Shown one piece after another: positions 54,001 to 63,028 of a stretch of DNA of 64,000 nucleotides. The notes below the pieces were generated by a model that saw only the letters and a list, made by a program, of their open reading frames with translations, was not told the origin of the DNA and ran no database searches. The stretch lies in sequence record PP496444.1. One strand, written 5' to 3'. Every line of letters begins with the position of its first letter. The first letter of the stretch is position 1. The position numbers and the translations under genes are program-made.

Positions 54001-56830
54001 GGCAGTCCAGCACGTTCATCAGCGTCTTACCGCCGCCCGCATCCACGTGGTCAACCTTCTTGTCCGGCTGGCGCTGACCCGACACAATGGGACGTATCTG
54101 GTGAGCCAGTGCGGAGAAGTCTGGGCGAATGAATGGCACCGGGGCCACTTCCGTCTCGTCGTTGACCTTGACCGGGTTCAGCGAGTACTTCGCCTGCTTG
54201 GCCGACACTTGAGCCTTCAGTTCATCCTTGGCCGACTGCTCTGCATACTTCGACATGGCGAAGATGGACGCCACACCCTGCATACGACTGGTGACCGACA
54301 GCACGTTGCTGGTGCCGATGGCCTTCGGATCACTGAGGACCTTGAACAACGAGTCCGCACCGTCTTGCATGGCTTCGACCGCGATACGGCCAATGCCTCG
54401 GAGCATGGGGATGTCGGAATCTGCGGTCAAGTGACTGATACGCAAGTCCTTGAAGATTTCCTCGAACGGGTAGTCGTCTGTCGCGATGTCACGATCAACC
54501 AGACGCTTCGCCAGTGACGTAACCGATTGCAGCACCTCGTGGATCGAAGGGTTATTTCCGTCGGGGAACAGGAACTCTTGAACGCTTTCACCCAGCACGT
54601 CGGTGACTGCCGCAGGAACCTCGAAGTCGCTTTCCTCGAAGTAGTCGGTAACCTTCTTGCCTTTGTAGTTCACCCACGCCGTCAGCGAGTTACGCAGATA
54701 GCCGAACGACAGTGCCTTGGGGTTTACTTTTTCCTCCAGCGACTTCTGGTACTCCATGACGCTGGCCGGGGAATAAGCCGAGACGTCAGCAGTAACCAAC
54801 CCACCTGATGCTGTGGTGTAGCTGAGGATGTCTGCGCCCCAGTCAGTGAAGACGTAGTAGGAACGGAGACGGCCTTGAGCGAACGACTTGATAACCAGAT
54901 TGTCCGTCTTGGCGTTGTCCGGGACCATGTACTGGTTCTGGATGCTGATCTCAGGAGTTTCCTGACCCTCAACCTCTTTGAACTTCGCTTTCACGCCGCC
55001 CATGCCCACGTCTTGGCGGGTGTACTCGTTGTCCGCGAAGGCGCCGCGATACGAATCCTCGATGGCCTTCTCGTACTGCGCAACAATCTGCGCGTCAGCA
55101 GTCGGTACGAATACCAGATCAGCGTCAGGGCCGATCATCATCTGGTCGCCGTTCAAGCGCGAACGCTGCGGCAGCTCACGGGTGTCCGAGATTGCCTTGC
55201 CCACGGCGCGATAGAACGATGCGTCCGTCTTGGCGAACGAGTACTGCGCGTCCGTCATCTGGTACGCCCACTCGGCCACGTCAACCGGGGCGGGTGGAGA
55301 GTGCTGAGTCACGAATGCCGCTACGTCTTCCGAGATGGTGAACTCGGAGAAAGCAACCACTTCGGCTTCACCACCTTGGCCGATGTCAGCCAGTCGGCAC
55401 ATGAACGAGCGGGACTTCAGACGCGCCATGGCATCCTTGTAATCCGCTTTGTCCACCACGTCGGTCTGCAGGGACGGTGGCACCGGCATCTTGTTGGTTG
55501 ACAACCAGCCATTGAGGCGGGTCATCGGTGTGTTTTCCAGAAGCCAGTTCATGAAGTCCACTGGGCGATCTGGCATGGTTGGTTCTTCAGGCGCACCCGC
55601 CGTCAGATTGCCATCCAGTCCACGGTACGCATGGTTCCAGTTCTTGAGCAGGCGCTCCAGAATCTTGCCGCCCACTTCATCCTTCACACGCTGGAAGGAT
55701 GGCTTGTCCTCTTTCGAGTAGGCGAAGATGATCTTGGCGACCATGCTGTCGTTGACATCGGACCAGGTGTTGTCGTAGTCCAGATCCTCGATGCGATACT
55801 TGCGCAGCACGTCCAGCTCTTGCTGGTTGGCAAAGCTGCAATACATCGCGGTCTCGCCAAGGGTACGGCGAACGTACGGCAGCTTGCCGCCTGTGCCGGT
55901 GCCATTGATGAAGCTGACCTCGTTGGTGCTTTGTATCCCAGAGTTGTTGCGGGGTGGCGACACTTCGATCAGCAGGTTGAGCCCGGCGACCACTTCCTTC
56001 AACCCGTCCTTCTCGAAGGCGAAGTCATTCTCGCCCAGCAGAACTTCCTTGTCGATGAACGGGCTGTTCAAAGCAGACTTGAAGTTGACCGGGATACGCA
56101 AGCGCATCTGGCGAGTCATGTCGTCCAGCGCCAATGGATCTTCCATGAACTTGCCCAGTGCAGTCTTGAGCAGTTCCAGTTGGCTGGTCATCAGTGCATC
56201 GACCTTGGTTTGCATCCGGGTACGTTCTTCCGGCGGCAGATACACCATGGCGCTTTGCAGCATTCTCAGGCGGGGCACGACATAGGACGTGTCGACCTTG
56301 CTGGCTTCGCAAATGCCCATCGCGTCGAACATCTCAGGGATCGAGAAGCCGGGAATGCGGGACTCTGTGACGAAGTTGCCCATGGCCGGGATAGCCAGCG
56401 TGAAGTCACCTCGACCGTTCGCCGTCACCTTGGTATAGGGTGCCAGTGTACGCATGCCTTCCGACATCTCGTCCCACTTCTCAGACTTGATCGTGGCACG
56501 GTTGGCGCGGAACTTGACCGGTGGGGTCTGGCCGTAGTCCATGAACTCCAGGCTTTCTTTCATGTCCTGCAACAGACGCTTGCCGTTGTCGAACAACTTC
56601 GGCAGCTCGGTCTCGAACAGGTTAGGCACCTTGGTCAGTTCGTCCATCAGCGTAGCGCCACCTACGGACAGCACAGCGTATGCCATGGTGTGCAGGTCGC
56701 CCAGCTTGTAGTCGTAGTTGATCTCGTAATCTTCCGGTTCTTCAACCGGCTCGGCCAAGGGTGCGGCCAGCGAACGTAAGCGTTCCATCTCTTCCGGGTC
56801 GCGACGACGCCTGCTTGCTCTTTTGCTCAT
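51077..56830 (-). CDS. giant (~1917 aa) protein with SNF2-family helicase/ATPase domain
   Basis: Motif I VDAGGGKT, Ia MCPKNL, II MDESQ, III TTGT, IV KVLIFC, V LNTGHNFQ, VI EQGQSRLNRP; ATG 56830 behind AAGGTG. Confidence 0.85.
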   Translation of the reverse strand: MSKRASRRRRDPEEMERLRSLAAPLAEPVEEPEDYEINYDYKLGDLHTMAYAVLSVGGATLMDELTKVPNLFETELPKLFDNGKRLLQDMKESLEFMDYGQTPPVKFRANRATIKSEKWDEMSEGMRTLAPYTKVTANGRGDFTLAIPAMGNFVTESRIPGFSIPEMFDAMGICEASKVDTSYVVPRLRMLQSAMVYLPPEERTRMQTKVDALMTSQLELLKTALGKFMEDPLALDDMTRQMRLRIPVNFKSALNSPFIDKEVLLGENDFAFEKDGLKEVVAGLNLLIEVSPPRNNSGIQSTNEVSFINGTGTGGKLPYVRRTLGETAMYCSFANQQELDVLRKYRIEDLDYDNTWSDVNDSMVAKIIFAYSKEDKPSFQRVKDEVGGKILERLLKNWNHAYRGLDGNLTAGAPEEPTMPDRPVDFMNWLLENTPMTRLNGWLSTNKMPVPPSLQTDVVDKADYKDAMARLKSRSFMCRLADIGQGGEAEVVAFSEFTISEDVAAFVTQHSPPAPVDVAEWAYQMTDAQYSFAKTDASFYRAVGKAISDTRELPQRSRLNGDQMMIGPDADLVFVPTADAQIVAQYEKAIEDSYRGAFADNEYTRQDVGMGGVKAKFKEVEGQETPEISIQNQYMVPDNAKTDNLVIKSFAQGRLRSYYVFTDWGADILSYTTASGGLVTADVSAYSPASVMEYQKSLEEKVNPKALSFGYLRNSLTAWVNYKGKKVTDYFEESDFEVPAAVTDVLGESVQEFLFPDGNNPSIHEVLQSVTSLAKRLVDRDIATDDYPFEEIFKDLRISHLTADSDIPMLRGIGRIAVEAMQDGADSLFKVLSDPKAIGTSNVLSVTSRMQGVASIFAMSKYAEQSAKDELKAQVSAKQAKYSLNPVKVNDETEVAPVPFIRPDFSALAHQIRPIVSGQRQPDKKVDHVDAGGGKTLMNVLDCLFTLGQYYERGDLKGNQQKRPLMMCPKNLIKNYIEDITYLTQGSVNVVVLSTDVINRYGHDYMYNLIYNAPVNTLVLCDFDFPKNGQYSIQYGNTDLILSNNSELMRRFEWIYLSMDESQYLANLDSARSSSVRAQATLSDNLRQTTGTYVHGQLTDAAGQFSIMSPSTFGSKKDFIERYAAETFQGKPLSWKNNAERDVRNQMNSAADYVRVSRREWAALLPAATETFHKVSLSKKQMAVYQDILNDAVEAIMADADLMKKLKASDEGEENVANIEMLLRPYLQRLEMFISAPAHDKVGDKVLQGTDRISPKAKEIIRLFDEHSRDKTNGKVLIFCAYVASAQALHASLPPELQKKVILYYAADKDKLLPKFEKDESIIGLIGVETSLNTGHNFQFVNRLISTDSVWSPGEFEQGQSRLNRPDPKNKYGARSKIFFDRIIADGTIDVTKTARMMSKLLTMVRFQASDARYDKLPNLPLVSMTLDSIMDANKFGSEDDQGSLFSYVDAYGQYTKIRRDEYADFLKTYDGPTKAKEIPTAGNLPGSALITVPYTSNMQLPFTDALGIIPVADWLADNDLTADEADMKGLQVHTEYGDGEVVSSGKNTLKVKIKEIGTVSVNKLAVFVILKPNKVPVRQRLAEMVGMPERATQYTTPESDPVVEEPEADDDAEEPEDEPAPIPDAPVKKAVVERNRDLDGEIFVYPGVLNNMIQLALDREDPDVTDKMATQLGFRETGKFIYAIVPTYRALSNVIDKLKENFEIQPRYLKDLESALAAFTQGKRKLLNFEAALDTDVRNFHLDRKRAVPKGELRPYVMFYEGECWILVDMTKQPSAVQVRRKVIVPTVKWESSDSEWFILSNSKAEAKAELDAIVRSGVSVGNYDEVMDTIKSLTLRTKKRTPAAKVNTEVTGKTIRRFQTKSGTRFIALVKTKDGYVLETQDGNTDLGKVSEAAAGRALAKAVKAETKWKLREVA

Positions 56831-56840
56831 GAGGTGCACC

Positions 56841-57317
56841 TTACTTGACTAAACCGTTGTTGTTGACCAGTAGATCCCAGTACGGAATCGGCGGAGTGAG
56901 TTTGCGGCGCTGGAAGAAAACCAGAATGGTCTTGGCCACCTTGATACGGTCGTAGGCACGCAAGCCTTCGATCAGTGTAGGGCCGTACAGCGTCTCCGCC
57001 AAGTTGCTGGCCTCTCGATCCGTGTAGCCATCCAGATTGGTTGCGATGACCGTGCAGAGTCGATCGACCGGCATGTCCAGACCGTTTTCATACAGCTGGA
57101 CGTGCATCTCGTTGATCTGCCCACGAAGACGGCGCAGCGTGTTGTACAGCTGCGTGATCTGCTGGGCGTTGAGCTGGGGCACTTCCATAGTGCCTGAATC
57201 ATCGGCGCCGGGAACGGGGGCCACCAGACTCTCAGCCGTGGTCACGTCCTGAATCAGCCTCTCGTACCGATCCAGCATGGTGACATCGACACTCTTGATG
57301 CCTTTTTCTTTGTTCAT
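56841..57317 (-). CDS. hypothetical protein (158 aa)
   Basis: Co-oriented ORF with SD AGGAG; stop abuts the next gene. Confidence 0.75.
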   Translation of the reverse strand: MNKEKGIKSVDVTMLDRYERLIQDVTTAESLVAPVPGADDSGTMEVPQLNAQQITQLYNTLRRLRGQINEMHVQLYENGLDMPVDRLCTVIATNLDGYTDREASNLAETLYGPTLIEGLRAYDRIKVAKTILVFFQRRKLTPPIPYWDLLVNNNGLVK

Positions 57318-57364
57318 ACGGGTGCTGCTCCTACTCTCGAATTGGCATATATCAATACGGCTAT

Positions 57365-57775
57365 TTACCGTTTGTTTTGCCGTGCGATCTTCTTCCGCTG
57401 TTCATCCTTGTACAGATGACCATGCAGGAAATTCTTGGAATGACACGCTGGACACAACGGGATCAGGTTGGACTTGCTATCAGTGCCGCCACGAGACGCC
57501 TGCTTGATATGGTGCAACGCAAGTCGGCCACCGTCAGGGATCTTGCTCTGATGGATACCACAACGACCGCAGCAGTTGTTGAAGACTGCCTTGACTTCCT
57601 TCTTGCGGTCCTTCCACTCATCCGACTTGAGACCGCCCAAGTAGTTAGCCTTCTTGGCGCGGCGCACAATCCCGGTCTTGCTGATACCCGCACCAGTCGA
57701 TGGGCGTGCAATCTTGATGCCCGGTTTGCCCGGTTTACGGGGGCCATTGATCCGGGCACGGGGCGGCGTTTTCAT
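57365..57775 (-). CDS. HNH endonuclease with basic N-terminal tail
   Basis: CGRCG..LALHHIKQASRGGTDSKSNLIPLCPACH. Confidence 0.88.
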   Translation of the reverse strand: MKTPPRARINGPRKPGKPGIKIARPSTGAGISKTGIVRRAKKANYLGGLKSDEWKDRKKEVKAVFNNCCGRCGIHQSKIPDGGRLALHHIKQASRGGTDSKSNLIPLCPACHSKNFLHGHLYKDEQRKKIARQNKR

Positions 57776-57778
57776 AGC

Positions 57779-58528
57779 TTACTCCAGAAACGATTTCAAG
57801 TCAACGTTGATCTTTCCGTACATTTCCTCGGTCCTCTTGCCCATGTCGCGGAAACATTGCAGCACGGCGTCTTCAACCTTGGCCCAACGCTTGTCCTTAA
57901 TGTGGGGCGCCAGCGCGGTCTTCAGCATGTTGGCCTGACTCACGTACATGTGCGCGAAGCCAATGAAGATCGGGTACATCACCTTCTCGCTGATGTTGGC
58001 CGCGAGATTGCTTTGCTCCTGATTCGCCTGCATGTCGTTGATCAGTTCTCGAATCGAGTTGATCATCGCGTTCAGGGAGTAGACAGCGGACTGTGAACCT
58101 TCCGTGTTCCGCACTCGCAGTTCGAGAATGGGCACCATGTCGATCAAGGTGATCAACATGCGTACCTGGAACATGGAAAAACCCCGATCTTTTTCCTCAG
58201 CGGACGAGATCAGGGACATGATTTTGCTTGAATCAGTGCCGAAGATCGACTCCAGCATATCCGGGTCAACCTCCAGATCACCACCTTCCGACATGGTGGT
58301 TTTCATCTTCACCAAGTAGTCCCGCAACTCATCCGGGTTCTTGTCGGATACGATGTCAACCCCGGTGTACCCACAAGAGTCACACACAGGATCATCGTTG
58401 AGTATCTCGGAGGACAACTCATCTGGTGCACGGCATTTGTTGCACCGGCACTTGAACGTGTCTTTGGTCAAAGTCTTCACGACACGGAACGCGCCGTAAG
58501 TGGCCTTCACCTTAATGGGATCAGCCAT
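57779..58528 (-). CDS. hypothetical protein, N-terminal zinc ribbon and helical C-terminus
   Basis: CRCNKC..CDSCG. Confidence 0.75.
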   Translation of the reverse strand: MADPIKVKATYGAFRVVKTLTKDTFKCRCNKCRAPDELSSEILNDDPVCDSCGYTGVDIVSDKNPDELRDYLVKMKTTMSEGGDLEVDPDMLESIFGTDSSKIMSLISSAEEKDRGFSMFQVRMLITLIDMVPILELRVRNTEGSQSAVYSLNAMINSIRELINDMQANQEQSNLAANISEKVMYPIFIGFAHMYVSQANMLKTALAPHIKDKRWAKVEDAVLQCFRDMGKRTEEMYGKINVDLKSFLE

Positions 58529-58928
58529 GGTTGAGCACCTCTAATACATTCACGGTAGACAGGAAGTGTCGGGTCGGCGGATTGGTCTGGAATAGGCGGA
58601 GCATGTTCGGCTGAATCCACAGGAACCTGTCATGTTCATCGTTCAAGGTAATGGGCGGCACACTGGTCAGGTTGATCAGGACGTACACTCGGTCGGGGTC
58701 CAGCTTATCCGCCTTGATGCGCTTCCATGGTTCACTCTTGATCGTATGCCAGCCCAGTTCCTCTGCCAGTTCCCTACGCAATGCTTCCGCAGCCTTCTCC
58801 CCGGCGTCCAACCTACCACCGGGAAGATTCCACATTCCTGCGTTGTTCACCTTAGCGCTGCGGCGTGCCAGTAGCACATCGCCTGTTGCGGTGTTTCTGA
58901 TAATGGCGTACACGCCGCGCTTGTCCAT
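58521..58928 (-). CDS. Nudix hydrolase
   Basis: Complete Nudix box GGRLDAGEKAAEALRRELAEELG. Confidence 0.92.
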   Translation of the reverse strand: MDKRGVYAIIRNTATGDVLLARRSAKVNNAGMWNLPGGRLDAGEKAAEALRRELAEELGWHTIKSEPWKRIKADKLDPDRVYVLINLTSVPPITLNDEHDRFLWIQPNMLRLFQTNPPTRHFLSTVNVLEVLNHG

Positions 58929-58934
58929 ACCTAC

Positions 58935-60083
58935 TTACCCTTGACGTGAAGCCCATGCCTCAAGAATCTTTTCCGCTTGCTCGGCTACGTCACCTGCGAA
59001 CTTCGGATTGGGTTTCTGTTGCTTCGAGCTCTTGACAGCCCACTGACCAATCTGAATCGTCGGACACGCTGGAACACCGGTCTCTTGAACGGAGGCCATG
59101 AGTTGTGCAAACTCGACTGTCCCATTTACTGCTTTGTTCAAGACATCCCGTGCGAAGCTGTTCAGACGCTCGGCGGATGCAGTGCCGGCCTTGAACGCCA
59201 TGGTGACGATGAACGACGTGGTGCTCTTGTCCACCGAGATGACCAGTGGCAGGGTATCCGTGATGCTGCCCGATGCACTAGACGCTGTGATGCGCTGCAC
59301 GTCGCCGCTGGCCAGACCCTTGAGTGCGTCCAGTTCTTTCTTGCCGAGCGAAGTCATGGCCGCTTTGATCTTGTCAAGGCTGGTGTAGTCTTCGATGCGG
59401 AACGTGGACTTGTCTTTCAGCAGGGTGAACTCCTTGCGGAATCCAGTCTTGGAACCGATGTAGATGGCGAACGTGTCGTCTTCGTACGAACGGTACACTG
59501 CGTAGTTCTTGTCGCCGGGATCAGCGAAGAAGAACTGGTGAATGACACCACGGGCCGAGTCCAGCGTACCTTTGGCGACTTCCTTGAACTTCAACGTCTT
59601 GACCAGTTCGGTGAAAGACTTACGCAGCTTGCCGTACGTACTATCTTCGTCGCCGTACAGGATGAATACGTCTTTGCCGTTGGGGTTGGCCTTCACTTTG
59701 TCCAGACCCAGCGATTCGGTCAGCTGATCCACGTACCGTCTGACGACAGTGCTGCGGCCCGTGTCCGGGTTGAGCTTCTCGAAGTCTTCCGGCACTACCC
59801 ACTTGGAGAGCTGACTGGCCGGGATGGGTTTGGCGCGGGCTGTGAGAATGGCGGCGCGACCGATGATGCCAGACATGTTCATCATGGCGTAGTACATCGC
59901 CACGTCGTCGTCATCGAACAGCACCTTGATGCTGTCTTTGCCCCGGTACTTGGAGAACTCAGTGATCACTACGGTGTAGTAATACGGATCGTTCTTGTCA
60001 CCGTAGTTGACGATGATGCGGTCGTTGATCTTTACGGGTGGGAGAGCCGCGGCCACCACAATTTCGGCGTGCATTAGGGGCAT
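58935..60083 (-). CDS. hypothetical protein with N-terminal Tudor/SH3-like domain
   Basis: KINDRIIVNY..DP..KVLFDDDDVA; paralogous to 41277..42098. Confidence 0.75.
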   Translation of the reverse strand: MPLMHAEIVVAAALPPVKINDRIIVNYGDKNDPYYYTVVITEFSKYRGKDSIKVLFDDDDVAMYYAMMNMSGIIGRAAILTARAKPIPASQLSKWVVPEDFEKLNPDTGRSTVVRRYVDQLTESLGLDKVKANPNGKDVFILYGDEDSTYGKLRKSFTELVKTLKFKEVAKGTLDSARGVIHQFFFADPGDKNYAVYRSYEDDTFAIYIGSKTGFRKEFTLLKDKSTFRIEDYTSLDKIKAAMTSLGKKELDALKGLASGDVQRITASSASGSITDTLPLVISVDKSTTSFIVTMAFKAGTASAERLNSFARDVLNKAVNGTVEFAQLMASVQETGVPACPTIQIGQWAVKSSKQQKPNPKFAGDVAEQAEKILEAWASRQG

Positions 60084-60121
60084 GATTTATTACCTTGGGT
60101 TGCGTGTCCACATGCGTTAAA

Positions 60122-60670
60122 TTAGACAGGCGGGAAAGTGAAGGCCGTGTGGCGGGTAACATCAGAGCCGCTGGCATTGATGGCGTCGTCGATGAATGAC
60201 AAGACATCCCACTCGCGATCTTCAGCGTAGCGGGTCAGTGCAATCTTCGCCATGTCCGGGACGGATACCGGCGGGCATTCAACCTCGCGCAGTGGGTCCA
60301 CTTGGGATACAGCGCCTTGAAGTTCGTCAACGACCATCACGACGCCTGTGATGTTGCCGCTGGCGTGCATGTTCAGGAGGACATCTACTATCGTACCGAT
60401 AACACGAGACTGATCTTCGCGGTCGGCCATCAACGCCATGACGACATTGCTGTAGATATCAGGAATAGACAGGTTCCACACGGTATCCAGCGCGTACGCC
60501 GGGGTAGGATCGATCAGCAGGTCAGCCGCCACTCGGTCCAGGTCAATGCGGAACTGCGGCAGGTTGGGTACCGATACGATGGCCTGCATTTTGTTAGGTG
60601 CCTGCAATGACCAGCTCCAATACAGCGGGTCGAAATAGGCCAAGGAGATCACCTTTACTTGTTTGATCAT
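60122..60670 (-). CDS. hypothetical protein
   Basis: ORF track 60122..60694; ATG 60670 behind GAGGTG. Confidence 0.7.
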   Translation of the reverse strand: MIKQVKVISLAYFDPLYWSWSLQAPNKMQAIVSVPNLPQFRIDLDRVAADLLIDPTPAYALDTVWNLSIPDIYSNVVMALMADREDQSRVIGTIVDVLLNMHASGNITGVVMVVDELQGAVSQVDPLREVECPPVSVPDMAKIALTRYAEDREWDVLSFIDDAINASGSDVTRHTAFTFPPV

Positions 60671-60691
60671 TGGAATGTCACCTCGCACATA

Positions 60692-60724
60692 CAAAAATGG
60701 GGGATGAACGTGTCATCCCCCATT
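60692..60724 (-). terminator. intrinsic terminator
   Basis: AATGGGGGATGA / TCATCCCCCATT hairpin plus T run on the - strand. Confidence 0.8.
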
Positions 60725-60748
60725 GGGTGCTTCATCTGCAGCTACCGA

Positions 60749-61021
60749 TTAACGGTCGCCCAGTTTGATCTTGACTGGAGCACCAACCTTGCTACGTTTG
60801 CGAGTGACACGCAGGTCACCCTTGGCTTTCCGCGAACGGCGAAGCTTGGCCCGTTTCAGGATCTCGGACTTGTTCTTGCGGTAGTACTGCTTGCTCGCCA
60901 GCTTGCGGGCAGCTTTGTTCTTGCGCGCTTCCATCAGAGCCTTTTTGCGCTCGGCGGCAGTACGGGGTTTGGTACGACGGGTCAGGCCATTGCCTTTCAG
61001 CTTCAACCGTTTCATAGCCAT
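60749..61021 (-). CDS. small highly basic (Lys/Arg-rich) protein, possibly DNA-condensing
   Basis: 90 aa dominated by K/R with very few acidic residues; followed by its own terminator. Confidence 0.75.
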   Translation of the reverse strand: MAMKRLKLKGNGLTRRTKPRTAAERKKALMEARKNKAARKLASKQYYRKNKSEILKRAKLRRSRKAKGDLRVTRKRSKVGAPVKIKLGDR

Positions 61022-61037
61022 GGTGGTATATCTCCAG

Positions 61038-63017
61038 TCAATTGATTCCGTACTTTTCGATGAAAGCGGAATAAGGGGTTTTATCGCCTCCGAAGGAATT
61101 GACCTTCGAGTTACTTGCCCCGTCTTTGTAGATCAGGGTCGTGGTAAGATTCGCGCTGAATGGCCCGATGACGCCGCCGTTCTTCACGATGAACTCGTTT
61201 ACCTTGCTGTCCCGTACGCCGGTCAAGTAGAAGCGCTGACCTTTGAACAACTGGGACGCCACCCGAACCTTCTTCGGGGGTTTCGGCAGCACGTACGTCA
61301 ACCCAGCCTTGGTGTACGCCATAAAGGCGGTCATGAAGGCCGGAAGTGCTGCAATGAACTGATCCGCACGCTTAGGTCCGAATCCATCCAACTCTGCCAG
61401 CTTTTCCCGCAATGCCTCACGGGCAGCTCTGGTCCGCTGCAAGCCCGCAGGATCGCCCAGGCTCAACGCTGCCGGTTTCAGCAGTGTGAGTCCCATGCCG
61501 TGGCCGAACGCCCCGCTGGCAACCATTAGGTCGGCCAGGTCAGCGTCCACGATACAGTCGGCCAGCGCCGCAACGAACTTCTTGGCCGTCGGGGCGCCGA
61601 AACCGGCTTGCTCGACCAGTTCTTTGGCGAACCGGATCGGAGTTTTGGTCACTTTACGAATTAGGCCCTGTACGCCGCCAACGTCCATGTACTCTAGCAT
61701 AGCGTCAAACGTGGCTTCCTTGAACCCTTCCAGACCGAGCGTCACGAAGAAGAACGTCATGGACTTCGTGAGCTGTTGCTCTCCGCTGCCGATGGTGCGG
61801 ATGTTGACGCTGTTCTCATCCCAGTCGTACGAACCGGCTTTGGGCAGATCGGCTTTGCGTGCCGGAGTGACCACACCTGTGATATAGGGGATCACGTCAC
61901 CAGACCGGACTAGGGTAATGACAGCACCCTTCCCGATCTTGTTGTCCTTGATGAACTTGGCATTGTGCCCTGTGGCCCACGTCACCTTGACGCCAGCCAG
62001 TCGTACCGGTGTGATCTTGACGCGGGGCTTGAGTGTCCCGTATCTTGATTCGTTCCACTGGACCAGCTCGACCGTTGCCGTTGCCACCTCTGACATCAGT
62101 GCGGACTTGAAGGCGAACTGATAGTCCGGGTTACCTGCGCTCGACGGAATACGACCCACCTTGGTCGTGGACACGATCACGCCGTCCATCTCGTATATCG
62201 ACTTCTTGCGCCGGTCCAGCAGATACGTGGTCAGCTCATTGATGTCCAGCCGCAGCACCTTCTTGACCGTGGGGATCAGGAAGCCCATGGCCTTGAGTTT
62301 GGCGAACTGCTTGTCCACGTCCATGGCAGGCTTGACGATCTGGTACATGACCACTTTGATCTTCTTGCCTTTGAATACTGGCGGAATGATCTTGCTGTTC
62401 GCGGCACCGGCCACCAGATTGCGTGGGTTGGCAAAGTCATCCTTGAACTGCTCGAAGGTGGCCACCGGCATGATCAGCTCGCCCCTGCCTTGCCAGCCAT
62501 TGGGAATCGGTGGCAGGTCCAGATAAGGCGCCACGTGGCTGATGTCCAAGCCTTGGTTACCATCGCCACGGGTGTACAGCCCCGGCTTCTTGGGATTGGC
62601 TGTCCCTTTGATGCCGATGGAGATACCGTCCAACTTGTCCGACAGCACATAAGGGCCTGGGTTAGCCACGGCCCAGCGCTGGATGGACTTCTCATCCAGA
62701 TACTTGTTCATGCTGCCCATACCGAACGGGAGCGATGTCTTGTTCAGCTCGTTGGACTGCGAACCCACCTGATACAGCTTCTTGTCCACGGTGAGGATTA
62801 CGGTCTCGTACTTGTTGAACTCCTCATCCGTCACGACAGGCACACCGGCGTAGTAGGCGTCTTTCAACAATCCGTAGGCTTCAGCCAGTTGCTTCTTGGG
62901 TACGGACTTCGCCGCTTCCACCTGCATGGCTTTATTAGCCGTGTGGATAATACCGAACACGAAGTCTTTCAGTTCTTGGCGACCTTTTTTGGTGCCTATG
63001 GTGAACTTGGTCGCCAT
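61038..63017 (-). CDS. ligA: NAD+-dependent DNA ligase
   Basis: YYAG..VTDEEF (Ia), SDKLDGIS (KxDG), RGDG..G.DI, RGEL, NPRN..AG, DGVIV, HN, SGDVIP, C-terminal BRCT-like FYLTG. Confidence 0.92.
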   Translation of the reverse strand: MATKFTIGTKKGRQELKDFVFGIIHTANKAMQVEAAKSVPKKQLAEAYGLLKDAYYAGVPVVTDEEFNKYETVILTVDKKLYQVGSQSNELNKTSLPFGMGSMNKYLDEKSIQRWAVANPGPYVLSDKLDGISIGIKGTANPKKPGLYTRGDGNQGLDISHVAPYLDLPPIPNGWQGRGELIMPVATFEQFKDDFANPRNLVAGAANSKIIPPVFKGKKIKVVMYQIVKPAMDVDKQFAKLKAMGFLIPTVKKVLRLDINELTTYLLDRRKKSIYEMDGVIVSTTKVGRIPSSAGNPDYQFAFKSALMSEVATATVELVQWNESRYGTLKPRVKITPVRLAGVKVTWATGHNAKFIKDNKIGKGAVITLVRSGDVIPYITGVVTPARKADLPKAGSYDWDENSVNIRTIGSGEQQLTKSMTFFFVTLGLEGFKEATFDAMLEYMDVGGVQGLIRKVTKTPIRFAKELVEQAGFGAPTAKKFVAALADCIVDADLADLMVASGAFGHGMGLTLLKPAALSLGDPAGLQRTRAAREALREKLAELDGFGPKRADQFIAALPAFMTAFMAYTKAGLTYVLPKPPKKVRVASQLFKGQRFYLTGVRDSKVNEFIVKNGGVIGPFSANLTTTLIYKDGASNSKVNSFGGDKTPYSAFIEKYGIN

Positions 63018-63028
63018 CTGGATCGTCC

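Noticed and set aside
57365-58528. HNH plus upstream gene as a terminase small-subunit module
   Set aside because: No terminase large subunit or portal in the window and no diagnostic motif, so left as hypothetical
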